Positions 13,188 to 26,617 of a stretch of 64,000 nucleotides of DNA are shown piece by piece. Position numbers and translations under genes: made by a program. The number at the start of each line of letters is the position of its first letter. The stretch's first letter is position 1. Location: positions 54,820,057 through 54,884,056 of the forward strand of contig NC_068988.1 of NCBI RefSeq assembly GCF_001194135.2. The letters are read 5' to 3'. This stretch comes from Octopus bimaculoides (taxonomy: Eukaryota). The notes beneath the pieces are model-generated. The model was not told where the DNA came from. It did not search any database and saw only the letters and a program-made list of their open reading frames with translations.

Positions 13188-14715
13188 TCCTATATAAAAG
13201 AGAGTTTGTGTGTGTGTGTGTGCATATGTTCCTTGTGGATTTTGACATATGAGGTATCAAAAGATTCAGTAATAGTTCGGCTACCAAATAAACTTTATTT
13301 TTATTTGTAGTACAAAAATTTAACATTATAATCTTTCTCTAAGTCAACTATCATAAACTAATTTTATGTCACCACTACCACCACGATGATGTCACATTTT
13401 CTACATGAGTGTGTATGTGTCTGTCAGTGTATGTATGTTTGTTTGTGCATTTCTTACGTATACTAGACTGATGACTGACAAGTATATGTGTATGTGTCTG
13501 TCAGTATACATGCATTTTAGTGACGACTAACACACACACACACACACATCTAAAGACAGACAAACACACAGAGGGACAGAGATAGGCCTGAGGTGTGCGT
13601 GAATGTCTATGTGTGTCTGTCTTAGTATATGTATGTGACTGTATCACCCAACAGTGAAATGCGCCGATCTTGAAAGTGTTTAGTTTAGTTGCGGCCTGGA
13701 CATTGAACAAACAACAGCGTTCACTTTGAAGTACCACTGTTTGGATTTTCCTTTTCATCGTGGAGACTTGCAGTTTAGACAGCATTAACGATTATCACTA
13801 CTTATGTGCTGAAATATTATTCTGGTTTTTATGACCAGCATGAAGATTTGGCTGATTTGACAGCACTCACAACACTTGAGTTTCTTAAGGTTGGTAATGG
13901 GATATTATCATTCAACTCAGGGCTTCAGCTACATGAATTACATGTGGTCCGATGATACTTTCTCTTAGCGATCTTATGGATAAAGTATTTCTTAATTTAT
14001 CTGTTAATTACACTGATGTAAACTGACTATGTGAAAGAGCTATACTAGCTCCAACTAATGAAATGGTTGATAAACTCAATCATGAACTTCTTCAAAAGTT
14101 AGCAGATACATCAGAAATGAATTTTCGATTAATTGACAACAGTTGATCAATATCAGGTTGTTCAATACCCTGTTGAATTTCTGAACACACTTAAACCCAC
14201 TGGGATGCCACTGCATAACTTGACAATAAAGCTGGTTGCCCCCATTATGTTGCTTAGGAATCTTGACCCATCTCACCTGTGTAATGGAACTCGTTTAATT
14301 GTTATTTCCATGAAGCCCCATGTCCTTACTGGCAACAATCATAATAGGTAGTCACAAAGGAGAAAATGTCTTTATTGCAAAAATTCCTCTCATGCCTACA
14401 AATGTTCCATTTGAATTTAAGGCGCTTCAGTTTCCAGTCAAACTAAGTTTGAGGGTCAATCCCTCAAGGTAATTGCACTTGATCTCTCTGCTACATGCTT
14501 CTCCCACAGCCAATTCTATGTTTGTTCACAAGTTGGAAGCAGCAGCAACTTATTGATTTTGACACCAACAAAAAATTTACACAGTAAATATTGTTTGACC
14601 TGAGGTGCTTCAACATTGACAGATTTTCAGTTCAAAATTCTATTAACATTACAGTTTGGATATTTTGAAATAATTTTGAGGATATAACCCGGGCAATGCT
14701 GGGTCATTCAGCTAG
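13188..14715 (+). mobile_element. Internally deleted Helitron with both termini and a decayed PIF1-like helicase fragment
   Basis: 5' end A|TCCTATATAAAAGAGAGTTTG(TG)n. 3' hairpin ACCCGGGCAATGCTGGGT (14687-14704) followed by CTAG|T. About 13960-14540 translates, with stops and frameshifts, to ..LCERAILAPTNEMVDKLN..YPVEFLNTLKPTGMPLHNLTIKLVAPIMLLRNLDPSHLCNGTRL..GENVFIAKIPLMPTNVPFEFKALQFPVKL..GQSLKV..CFSHSQFYV, the standard Helitron helicase C-terminus. The 5' end call is less certain than the 3' end. Confidence 0.88.
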
Positions 14716-14989
14716 TATATAATGTGTGTGGTTTAGTCGTTAGAACATTCAGCTCCTGATTGCAAGGTTGTGAGTTCAGTTCCTAGCGATGCGTTGTGTA
14801 GCTTGAAATTATGTATTTCCTCTCATTTATACTCTTTCCAGTCATCATCACCTTCATTTTACATCACTTTTCCATTCTAGCATAGGCTGTGATATCTATA
14901 AATGTATGTATGTGTAAATTATATAAACACATATTGCTTTACAGCTGTAGGACATCACTGTTTGAGATATATATATATATATATATATA

Positions 14990-15155
14990 TTCACCATGAT
15001 AGATCGCTAGCCAATACACATTCTTTTTTCTCTCTCCTTGTTTCTTTCTGTGGAAGAGTGTAGGCTCGAAACGTTAAAGACTTTCTCACTTCCCGAGCGT
15101 TAGTCTACACCACCTGTCTTTGTCTTTTGTTTTGTTTTTTTTTGTGAATTCTCCC

Positions 15156-15165
<10 letters not shown>
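14990..15165 (+). mobile_element. Penelope-like terminal-repeat remnant (tentative)
   Basis: Contains GGAAGAG-TGTAGGCT-CGAAACG, resembling the (C/T)TGA(A/T)GA...CGAAAC motif of Penelope-like element ends. Flanked by (AT)n. Confidence 0.5.
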
Positions 15166-15191
<26 letters not shown>

Positions 15192-15692
15192 NNNNNNNNN
15201 NNNNNNNNNNNNNNNNNNNNNNNNNNNNNNNNNNNNNNNNNNNNNNNNNNNNNNNNNNNNNNNNNNNNNNNNNNNNNNNNNNNNNNNNNNNNNNNNNNNN
15301 NNNNNNNNNNNNNNNNNNNNNNNNNNNNNNNNNNNNNNNNNNNNNNNNNNNNNNNNNNNNNNNNNNNNNNNNNNNNNNNNNNNNNNNNNNNNNNNNNNNN
15401 NNNNNNNNNNNNNNNNNNNNNNNNNNNNNNNNNNNNNNNNNNNNNNNNNNNNNNNNNNNNNNNNNNNNNNNNNNNNNNNNNNNNNNNNNNNNNNNNNNNN
15501 NNNNNNNNNNNNNNNNNNNNNNNNNNNNNNNNNNNNNNNNNNNNNNNNNNNNNNNNNNNNNNNNNNNNNNNNNNNNNNNNNNNNNNNNNNNNNNNNNNNN
15601 NNNNNNNNNNNNNNNNNNNNNNNNNNNNNNNNNNNNNNNNNNNNNNNNNNNNNNNNNNNNNNNNNNNNNNNNNNNNNNNNNNNNNNNNNNNN

Positions 15693-15741
<49 letters not shown>

Positions 15742-16830
15742 GAGCTTTTACGCAGTTTCTGTCTACCAGATTCACTCATAAAGCATGGGTCTATAGCAGA
15801 AAATACTTGCTCAATGTGTTGCACAGTGGGACTGAACCTGAAACGACTTGACAGCAAAGCAAGCTTCTTCTTAACCAGGCCATCCCTGTGTACCATATTT
15901 ATTTATTTATTGAAATTATTTGTACTAAAAGGTTGATTGTTATTGTTTAGCCCGAAGTCGTCTCTGCCACAGTTGACCTATGATAAAAGACACATTCCAG
16001 CTATGACAGTTTGGTATTTTTAGTTATAAATATTGGTTTCAAATTTTGGTACATGGCCAGCAATTTCAGCGGAAACAATAAGTCAGTTACAACAACCCCA
16101 ATTCTCAGCTGGTACTTATTTTATCAACCCTCAAAGGATGAAAGGCAAAGTTGACCTTAGTGGTATCTGAACTCAGAACACATTGAAGGAAGAAATGCTA
16201 CTAAGCATTTTTCCCAGCACTAACAATCCTGCCAGCGCACTGCTCTATATAGATATTAGATTACATAAGACTAGATTACACAGTGTGCCTCTTCTTTTTA
16301 TGATAGCAAGATATGAGTTAAAGGGGATTTTGTTGCTGTTTCTAGCAGGGCATGCAGCTCTGTAGTGACTTCCTGTTGCCTTGCTAAAAGGTTAGTTGTA
16401 CATGAGAGTGGATCATTAATAGGTTACATGCACTTGACTGTGGGTTGTTATATTTATAGGTTACGCATATTGAGTCTGTATCATTAATTAATTACATATG
16501 TAATTAGTTCAGTGGAGTTTGGGCATTTGTTTTCAACTTTTTTCTTCTTTTTGGTGGTATATGGATTTTTTTTTCTATTTTAAGTTAGCAATTATTTTTC
16601 CCCCATTTTTTTTAAAATTGCCTTTACATAATTTTATTATTATTTTTATTTCAAAATATTAGTTTGTTTGTCCCATTCTCATATCTTGTCTCTTTTTATC
16701 TGTTTCTCTGTCAACATTTTTCTCTTTCATCCTTTTTTCCTTCCTCACTAATTTTCTTCATTCATTTGAATTGTCTGCATCAATCTGTATTGAAATAACT
16801 GCAAATCAAGGAGAGAACCTCTATATAGAT

Positions 16831-17151
16831 CAGGCCTGGCCAACTCGAATTACATTGCGGGCCACTTTAATCTGAGAAAGTTTTACGAGGGCCGCTTGTA
16901 TACTTTATGCACTATTAGTCAAATAATCAAATTACAGAATCAAGAACCTTTCATACTTTTCGTTTGTTTAAAATTATAAAATTGTAGGCTATTATTTTAT
17001 TGCCACTTATAAATTTTAAATTCATTTTGAAACAAATGTTTTACACAAACAATTTTATTAAACACAATACTTCTAGAAAGTATTGAGCAGGCTGCAAGAT
17101 AAAAGTCTGTGGGCCGCATGCAGCCCACAGGCCTCAGGTTGGCCAGCCCTG
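16831..17151. mobile_element. hAT-like MITE
   Basis: TIRs CAGGCCTGGCCAAC / GTTGGCCAGCCCTG, subterminal GGGCCGC motifs, and a degenerate 8-bp TSD ATATAGAT/ATATGGGT (6/8). Confidence 0.8.
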
Positions 17152-17593
17152 ATATGGGTGCTTGACTTGCTAAAATAACAGCCAAATCTTCCCTTCAATC
17201 ACATTTTATTGACTTAAAAATGAGAAAATATGCTGAATAATACTAGAAAAAAAAAAGAGGTAGGATGATCATGTCTAAGATGTCACCATCATCATTTATT
17301 GTCTGTTTTTCCATACTGGCATGGGTTGGACTTTTTGACAGGAGCTGGCAACCCAGAGAGCTGCATCAGACTTCAGTTCTCTGTTTTGGCATAGTTTCAA
17401 TAGCTAGATGTCCTTCATAACACCAACTACTTTACAGAGTGTACTCGATCCTTTTCATGTGGCACCAACACAAATGTCTTTGAGGAAAGTTTGGCTGTTA
17501 TTTTTAGCAAGTCTAGTGTATGTAAAGAGTCTCATATTGGAGTGTTCAGATTCCATGATGCTAAACTGTTCTGTTTCTCTTTTTGTATTACAG

Positions 17594-17754
17594 TCCCCCT
17601 TCACCAGGTAGTCTGAACATACTGCGACAGCAGCTGAGTGCACAACATATGGGCAGTAGCGCTATAAGTCCTGGCCCTCTGTCGATGGGTGGACAGAGTT
17701 CACCTAGTGTCTATTTTGGACTGTCTCGTAGAGGGAGCATGTCTTCACTAGCAG
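17594..17754 (+). CDS. TNS: Tensin exon a (Ser/Pro-rich linker before SH2)
   Basis: ttacag|TCCCCC...GCAG|gtcagt, phase 2 to 1. Encodes PPSPGSLNILRQQLSAQHMGSSAISPGPLSMGGQSSPSVYFGLSRRGSMSSLA and joins in frame to the SH2 exon at 20683. Confidence 0.8.
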
Positions 17755-19504
17755 GTCAGTATCAGTTGTTTCTTTGTGTGTATAAGCTTGTTTATTTGTT
17801 GGCATGCTGTATATATATAATCATAATAATCATGACATGGCTGTATGGTAAGAAGCTTGCTTCGCAACGACTTGGTTCTGAGTTCAGTCTCACTGTGTGG
17901 CACTTAGGCAAGTATCTTCTATGATAGCCTCTGGCCAATCAAAACCTTGTGAGTGGATTTGGAAGATAGAAACTGAAAGAAGCCCATTGTATGTGAATAC
18001 ACAGAGAAGATGCTGCCAAGCTCACTTGCTATAATTATATCAAAATGGCGGGTAATCCGCTTCCACTTCCCTAAGATGTTTACCTAATTAAATTGTTTAT
18101 CTTTGGAAAGTCTAACAAGGAAGCTTAGTAATTAATGAATTTAGGCTTTGAAGATAAGGAAAAGAATCTGAACTTAGAGAGAAATTCCTGTGGGAGCTGA
18201 AAGATGTTCTCAGTGTATTTCTGACCCTTTTTTAAAATTTATTTATTTTATGAAAGTGGAAAGACAAAGTTTGAAGCTGACTGCACCAAGTTCTATGGCA
18301 AGAATGTAAATGGACAGTACTAAATTTCAAGGGCAAGGATCAGTTGATTACACTGACATCCCACCCCTTACCCACTCTCAGTGCTGAACTGGAACTTATT
18401 CTATCAACCTTGAAAGGACAAAAGGCAAAGCTGGCCTTGATGGGATTAGATCTCAGAAGAACTGGAAGAAATGCTACTGAGCATTTTGTCCAGCATGCTA
18501 ATAATTCAGCCAGCACGCTACTTTATAGTATTAAATATTTGGTATTGCAAGATAGTTTGTCCTGCATTTTACCATCTCTGCTAGCCACATCCTAACTTAA
18601 TGTTAATAATTTCTTTATCATAACTACAATGTTTCGTTGTTTTGTAATCATGCTTAATAGATGATCAGTTTTTGTGAAAAACCACTCTATTCCAATGATG
18701 AAGGTGCTTAGAAAAAAATTATTTTTCCTTATGTTGATAACCACTTTGTCTATCCACCATACTACCTCATGCAATCACGTTAATGTGTTAACTTTGTTGA
18801 GGCCTTATGAACACAAAGATACCATTGTTCAAACTTAATTATTTTTACACCCTTTCCCCCTTTCCGGCAACCAAAAGTTCACAGATACGAATTGTTTTGT
18901 ATACCGCCTTCATTCCAACAACCTTCACTGATTTTACTGTTAAAAGAACAACTACTGTCATTATTCAATACCAGGAAGAACTTCCCTCTGTTTTTACTGG
19001 ATCTGTTTTTATCTTTTTTCTTGGCAGGGTGGGCATACCAGGAATCTAAATTAAAAATTAATTCATCCTTTTATACCTACCTAGCAGAGTCTGTCAAATA
19101 AGTATTTTTTATATCTTAGCTTGCCTCAATTAGAGTATTAGATTTTGCTGATAGAATATTCTTAGCTGTACAATCTGTTAATTCATTCCAGATTCTTTTT
19201 TATCTGTAGTTAGGCCTCATAGAATGTAAACAGTGTATACTCTACCAAATATGAAAAACTTGTGAATGAAGGACGAATGAGAAACAGTAAAGAGAGATAA
19301 TGTCTTTGACCAGGTGAAAGAAGGTGGTGTTTAACTAAACTGAGAAAGGGATGAAATGCTAAGTAAAGATACGGTGATATCATTTTGATACATGTCTATA
19401 GCCAGATTTTTCTATTCATCTATGATCAAATATAGATTTATTCATTGGCAGCCAGTGGACATTTCGCTCATATTCTTATGACTACACATCATGATAAATG
19501 CACC

Positions 19505-19848
19505 CTGTTAGGGTAAAGACTCCCTCCAGTCACGAATGACTATGGGATTGCACCTAAAAATTTCCCCTCTTAGGCACAAGTCTGGGCAAGGTTGTTTATG
19601 AAAGACCAGCAGTCGCCCATGCATACCAGCCTCCCTTCTCCACACCACTGATGTGGTTCAAGTGAAAGGCAAAGGTCGATACAGCTTGGCACCAGTGATG
19701 TAATAACTCATTTCTACAGCTGAATGAAGTGGAGCAACGTGAAATAAAGTGTCTTTGCTCAAAAACACAACACACAGCCCAGTCCAGGAGTCAAACTCAC
19801 AACCCCACAGTTGTAAGCCCAGTGTTCTAACCACTGAGCCATGCACCC
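19505..19848 (-). mobile_element. tRNA-headed SINE, family C
   Basis: On minus: GGTGCATGGCTCAGTGGTTAG (box A)..GAGTTTGACTCC (box B)..TGAGCAAAGACACTTTATTTCAC. Related copies at about 14720-14810(+, head only), 41190-41345(-) and 53640-53975(-). Confidence 0.82.
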
Positions 19849-19894
19849 AGTTAACCTCACCATATATTAGTTGTAATCTGTGCAATCTATACCA

Positions 19895-19932
<38 letters not shown>

Positions 19933-20328
19933 ANNNNNNNNNNNNNNNNNNNNNNNNNNNNNNNNNNNNNNNNNNNNNNNNNNNNNNNNNNNNNNNNNNN
20001 NNNNNNNNNNNNNNNNNNNNNNNNNNNNNNNNNNNNNNNNNNNNNNNNNNNNNNNNNNNNNNNNNNNNNNNNNNNNNNNNNNNNNNNNNNNNNNNNNNNN
20101 NNNNNNNNNNNNNNNNNNNNNNNNNNNNNNNNNNNNNNNNNNNNNNNNNNNNNNNNNNNNNNNNNNNNNNNNNNNNNNNNNNNNNNNNNNNNNNNNNNNN
20201 NNNNNNNNNNNNNNNNNNNNNNNNNNNNNNNNNNNNNNNNNNNNNNNNNNNNNNNNNNNNNNNNNNNNNNNNNNNNNNNNNNNNNNNNNNNNNNNNNNNN
20301 NNNNNNNNNNNNNNNNNNNNNNNNNNNN

Positions 20329-20376
<48 letters not shown>

Positions 20377-20682
20377 CTAGTAGTACCCATCCATTCTCAA
20401 GTAAGCTATGGGAGAAGGCTTTTAAGCAAAGAAATATTGTGTCCACCCTACTATTGCTTACAGAGATGAGCTGTGCCTCACATTATACCTATGTACTTCT
20501 AGGTAGGCTAGATTATATCTCTATAGATACTGCTGTAGTTTATCACTTCTTACAAACGTCTATAATATTAACACCAGTAATATACTGGGGTTATATCATG
20601 ATTTTACAAAACAAAAATATCTTGTAAGAAACTGTTATTGCTCTAATTATTGTTGTTATTGATTGTTAAATTATTCTTATAG

Positions 20683-20766
20683 AATCGGACCTTGTTCAGA
20701 GTACACCCAAGTTCGTGAAAGATACGTCCAAATTCTGGTATAAACCTAACATTAGCAGAGAAGATG
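20683..20766 (+). CDS. TNS: Tensin exon b (SH2 start)
   Basis: ttatag|AATCGG...GATG|gtaagt, 84 nt. Encodes (E)SDLVQSTPKFVKDTSKFWYKPNISRED, the tensin 'FVKDTSKFWYKP.ISRE' signature. Confidence 0.95.
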
Positions 20767-21827
20767 GTAAGTTCCTGTCTACAGTGACAGATTTGTATTA
20801 CTTGTGTGTGTGTGTTTGTGTGTGATGTCATTGATTGTAACTCTTATATAAAATTGTGTGTGCATGATGCAGTGATTGTAGCCATTGTGTATATGTAGTA
20901 AGTACGTGGACTTACGACTAATGTCATTGTGTGCTGGTGAGTGCAGTCATAACATTGGCATATTTGATCACAAGAACAATCGTATTTATCTGTAGTATTT
21001 TGTATTTCTATTGCCATTATGTATTTATGTATAAACAAATATGGTTGATGTCTCATGTAGGTCACTTTACAATCAAATCTCAGACTTGTTTCCCATACTA
21101 TGGTATTATTAGGCAGGTGTTTCCTACCATAGATTCAACTGAACCCCACCCAGCTTTGTGAGTGAAATTCAAAGGGCCAACCATGTCACACTGTCATGTT
21201 GGTTCTACCCATTAATGTACATTAAGAGTACATGTATCTGTGGAATATTCAGCCACTTCTTATAATTCAATGAGCATGTAGACCAGGGACTAAACCATTG
21301 GAATACTCATTGTTGGAACCAAGGAGGATTTATTTACTTTTTGGCTTTGGATTCACTTCCATTGCACAACTCTTTGGGCAAGTATCTTCTACTATAGCAC
21401 CAGATCAGCCAATACATTGTGAGTGAATTTGGTAGATAGAAACTGCATAGAAGCCCATTATATATGTGCCTTTATGCTTGTCCCCCACCACACACCACTT
21501 GATGAATGATGTTGGTTTGTTTACATCTCTGTAAGTTAGCAGTTCAGTTAAAGATACAGATAGAATAAGTACCAAATTTAAAAACAAGTACTGGGGGGGG
21601 GGGCAAATTGTTTGATTAAACTCTTCAAGACAATGACCCCAGCATGGCTACAGTCCAATGACCAAAATAAGTAAAAGATAAAAGATAGATATGTTTCTAT
21701 AATACTTATGTTTGCTTGTATGTTTTACTGATAACATTTTTTTTTATACAAGTGTATATTTAAACAACCTACATGATTACTACAAAACTGAAATGAATTA
21801 ACAAGATTCTACCTAATTTTTTTGCAG

Positions 21828-21953
21828 CAATTTTGATGCTCAAAGATAAAGCCCCAGGTATTTTTGTTGTCCGTGACAGCAACTCCTTCCCTGGAGCTTT
21901 TGGTCTTGCTCTCAAAGTGGCTCAAGTGCCACCAAATGTACAGACTAAAGCAG
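21828..21953 (+). CDS. TNS: Tensin exon c (SH2 core)
   Basis: ttgcag|CAATTT...GCAG|gtaaat, 126 nt. Encodes (A)ILMLKDKAPGIFVVRDSNSFPGAFGLALKVAQVPPNVQTKA, including the SH2 FVVRDS phosphotyrosine-binding motif. Confidence 0.95.
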
Positions 21954-23724
21954 GTAAATTTAACTTCTACTATTTTCCTTGGATTCTTCCTGTAACTCTT
22001 TCACTAATATCTTTTAACAATACAGAAGTATCGTCTTTGATTTGGTTTCTACAACTGGATGCCCTTCATAACATCAACCACTTTACAGAGTGTACTGGGT
22101 GTATTTTATGATGGCAAAAGCACCACAGAAGACAGAAATAAGACAGTGTGAAGGATAGCAAGAGCGTAATAAGTGGCGAGGTTAAATGATAGTTACCAGT
22201 GCCATATGGTCAGGGTTTGTCGGGTATAGATTGAGTGGATGTGAATCTAAGATTTAAATCACAAAAATTTGAATAAAGATCTCTATTTGATAGATGAAAC
22301 AGTTTCATAGAACCTTGTTTTTACTTCTGTAATCATTTGTTTCTTCAGGTTTACATAATCCCTCTCTTAATCTCACTTCATCAATTGTTATATGGTGATC
22401 CAGTTAGACTGATAAGTGAAGAAGTAAATTGTGTTCTGTCGGTAACCTTAATTTTTGGGGTTCTTTTAGTCAGAGTAAAATAAATGAAGTGCAATCTTCA
22501 TTGGTGAAAGCTCATGAAGGTGGTGAGTTTGTCTCTTAGTTAATCTACTTCATCTTCACTTCATTGACCTTTGATTAATATGATGTTATACAATTTTTTA
22601 ATCATATGCAAACATCTTACAGGTTAATTTAATTCAATTGTCTTTGTAAATATGTGAGAGAGAAAAATAGAGGTGAACCACCAGTTGATTGCTCATGGGT
22701 TCAAACACTCCTTTGATGAGGCATATAGCTCGACTTATCCATTTGAAAATAGGGACTTCTTCCATCTTATGATTCAATAGTTAACAATTGGCAAAAAAAA
22801 AAACTAGTTGTTTGATTGCTTTGTAATAGGAACATTATCTACAATCTATACTAAATACATACTAGATGAAAAAGATCTCTACTTAGGGCCAAGGAAGCTG
22901 AGACATTATAGAATAGGTTAATAAGAAGCAGGATTCAGATGGTTGGGTATTGTAAAGTCACACAGCTGAAATTTAGAATGAGATATTGTTAAGCTGAACC
23001 ATCTAAACCATATTCAGTCAATAGACATAAAATATGTTGCTGGTTTTCAGAGGACATTCTTATGACAGCACTTATTTTAAAAAAGTGTTTAAGATCTAAT
23101 GTGTGTGTAATATATACATACACATACAAGTCATCCTTTGTTTTTATTGTGAGTTAAACCCAGATTAGTCACATCCTATATTGCACCTGACCTAGTTCTG
23201 TAGAGAATAAGGTTGTTAAAGTTCAAGTCAGCTGCACCCCCTCCAAAAAAAAAAAAAACAATTTGAAATTTTAATTTGAAAGTTACTCTTTTATGAGACA
23301 CCATTACAGTTGACTTTCAAATATCACAACACACTCACACACTAAAGTGAAAATCACAGTTTTTCACATTGGTTATGTGGGTAACATGTTGGACTAACAA
23401 GCTATAGATTTTGAATTCAAACTCTTTTTAAGGCTTTTTATAAATTGGCTTAAACATTCTATTTGCTTTGTGTAATAAATAATCTTACTGAAAAATAAAT
23501 TACTTTTTCCAATTTACATTAGATTGGTTGTTGTTAGAGCTGAATAGCAAGCTGTAAAGATCTTTTAAGACTCTGCAGTATAGAATCAACTAACACATGT
23601 TGTCATGAGAAAATCAATTGTTGTAAAAGTGGCTTTCAAATGACAAATCAATCTGTAAATCATGTACCACCTTCTTCCATCTTATTTCTTTGTAATACTC
23701 ATTCATTGTTTATTATTTTGGCAG

Positions 23725-23820
23725 GTGCTGATCCAGCATCAGAGCTAGTGCGCCACTTTTTGATTGAACCTACACCCAAAGGTGTTCGTCTACGAGGATG
23801 CAGTAACGAACCTGTTTTTG
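23725..23820 (+). CDS. TNS: Tensin exon d (SH2)
   Basis: tggcag|GTGCTG...TTTG|gtaagg, 96 nt. Encodes (G)[31 protein letters not shown]. Confidence 0.95.
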
Positions 23821-24865
23821 GTAAGGATATTTCATGAAGAGTAAACAATACTTCTGGGATGCTAGGGTTCACTCTTTTGATCTGCTAACCTTAGTTCTAA
23901 AATAATAGTGAGGTTTTTTATGTTGTTACTTTCATAGTTTAGTGTAACTTTTAATAAGATTTGGTTAAGTAAACTTGTAGAAATGTCAAGTATTTGAAGG
24001 TGACCCACAAATTTGATATACCAGATCAAGTGTCTATTGTAACCCTTTTCCTATTCTGTGTATCGGGTGACACACAGGACATACTTCCCTGATATCCATG
24101 CATCATATATGATGTATATTCCCAACTTTTTTTTTTTCAACCATCAGAGTAACTTAGTACTTATGAAAGGAAAGCTTTTATACTACTCAGAATAAATGAA
24201 ACAAGAATTAACTAGAAGTCTAGATACAAGCATGGACATTTTGGACAAACTTATGAAAATGCTTTGGACAGGCAAATCTCAGTATTATGTTGTTGAGAGA
24301 GGATACGTCAAATCAAATTTCCTCAGGATTTAAACTCATGTTAAATCAGTTTATTGGTATGCATCAAATTCCAGCCAGATAAGCATCTTCTAGTTTGCTT
24401 TCTTCATACTGATGATTGACTCAAACCACAGATTTATACCTTTTGTTAAGGTAAATGAAGCAAGTCAGTAGGCATTATGTAGAAATTACACTCCACATCA
24501 TTAATAGTCATATGATGATCCAGTAGAACAGATAAATGAAAATTATCTTCTGAAGGTAATAAGATAACAGATGATAGATTCAAAACAATGTGAATGAATA
24601 AGCATTACATTGGACAGAATAATCTGTTCATTGCCAGAGCAGCTGTCTGGCTTCCATGCTAGTGGCCCGTAAATAGCACCATTTGCCTTCTTCTATAGGA
24701 TTAAACTTAAGTAGGTAAATTCATCTTTTAGTTAATTTTCTGCATTATTTCTGTTTTGAGTTATGATGATGAAAGTATATAAATCTTTACTGTATAACCA
24801 AAATAATTGCAAATGTTGTCATAAGCTTAATGAATTGTTCTGATGTTTCTTGGCTTGTCTTTTAG

Positions 24866-24943
24866 GAACTTTGGCAGCTCTTGTGTATCAGCATTCCATC
24901 ACTCCACTGGCGCTGCCATGTAAATTAGTTCTCCCTGAATCAG
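24866..24943 (+). CDS. TNS: Tensin exon e (SH2 end)
   Basis: ttttag|GAACTT...TCAG|gtaagt, 78 nt. Encodes (G)[25 protein letters not shown]. Confidence 0.95.
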
Positions 24944-25274
24944 GTAAGTGTATGAATTAAATGTAATGTAACATTCTTTCTAATATCCTAGGGCCTTCTC
25001 TAGAAAAGTTATCAAATGTTAAAGTGTCTAAAAATATTCTCAAATTTACTGTAAATATTACTTAATGTTTCTTAGTTAAAAATAACTACTAACCTGATAA
25101 TATCCTCATTCACTTATAGCAAAGATCTTTCCAATTTCTTTGAAGATATCTCTTCATCTATTTTAATACCAAATTATCTACACACATGCACATCTCATAC
25201 CTGATATAGGTTCATTCTTATTCAGTTAAATCCTTTATGAAACCAAAAATCTTCATACCTTTGGTTTATTACAG

Positions 25275-25361
25275 ATCCAGCAGGTGATGTTAGCAATCCT
25301 GAAAGTCCTCACAGTTCTGAAATTCCTAGTTCAGCAGCTGCTTTGCTGGCTACAGGTGCAG
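25275..25361 (+). CDS. TNS: Tensin exon f (SH2-PTB linker)
   Basis: ttacag|ATCCAG...GCAG|gtttgt, 87 nt. Encodes (D)PAGDVSNPESPHSSEIPSSAAALLATGA; phases match both neighbours. Confidence 0.9.
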
Positions 25362-26390
25362 GTTTGTATCATTGTTATATTTATTTCCACTGAGAACTGC
25401 ATTGGTAGGGTACTAGTTTAGTAAATGTTAATCTGTCATCAGCACTTTACTGTGTCTCAGGTATTGACTTGACTCTGAATGATTCTGTTCAACCTGATAT
25501 AGGTAGGTAGCCCTTGGGAGAATAGTCCAATACTATAAGCAACGGCAATCTCACTGTAAAGATTATCAAATATTTCATTATTTCACAGTATTGAGTTCAA
25601 GTCCTATTCTAGACCATAACATAAGTGCTAAAAGGGTCTTAATTTCATTTCTGTTCCCACCAGCACCCTTTGATGGACACAAGATAAATTTTGACTTGAG
25701 ACTGCTTTTGTGGATTTAAAAAAAAAATTTTCTTTCTTTCAGAACAGCTATTGTTAATTTGCCATTCAAACCTCTATGTGGTTGCTCGACCAGCTAGAAA
25801 TCGCAGCCAAATCTTCCTCAGGTTATAACTTCCTGTCTTAAAATGGACTGACACATTGGGCAGTTGGCACATCAGTCTGTTTGCTTCATCATAGCTGACC
25901 TGTAACTAGACAGTAACATAGCTACTCAGATACTTTTTTGAATAATTGTCCTTATTTCCACATAAGCTATTTAAATACTCTGTTCGTTGTGGTATACAAA
26001 CAACTGCCTATAATTTGTTTGATATTTACTTGTAGAATATTTTTATTTTTTATTTTTATTTCTGTTCAAAGCTTGCTGATGTATTGCAGCTATTTAAGTT
26101 TCTTTCAACTTCAGGGTTTGGTTATATATTTAAATGTCAGCCATTTCTCTTCCAAACATGTGAACTTGTGAGAACACAGAGTCAGTATCCTCATTGTTAA
26201 AAAATATATTTGATAATTAATAATCAACAGGTTTAGCTTGATACATCCATACTGTCTTTAAGAACAAAGTAAAATCTATATTGTCTTCACTGTATATATT
26301 AAGTATAAACTGAAGTTTGATATGAACTAGGTTTTGAAGTTTGATGTTTTTTTTACTTTGGTTTCTGCAGTTTTATCATTTGCATGTGTA

Positions 26391-26617
26391 GAGGGTATCC
26401 ATAAATTACCTTTACACTCGAAAACTAAAGGGGGAAAAAAATATAAGGGTAATTTAGCAGGTTGCATGCAACCAATGGCGTCCGTGTACAATTGTTCTGA
26501 TGTTTCTAATACACTTTATTTCTTTGTCTAGGTTTTCCCATAAACTCTGCTGAGTTTACTTAAATTTTTTTCCCCCCTAATTTTTTCAAATTGTAACGAT
26601 AATTCACGGACACCCTG
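26391..26617. mobile_element. Tc1/mariner-like MITE
   Basis: Left end TA|GAGGGTATCCATAAATTACCTTTACA is an imperfect inverted copy of right end TGTAACGATAATTCACGGACACCCTG|TA. TA dinucleotide on both sides. Confidence 0.8.
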
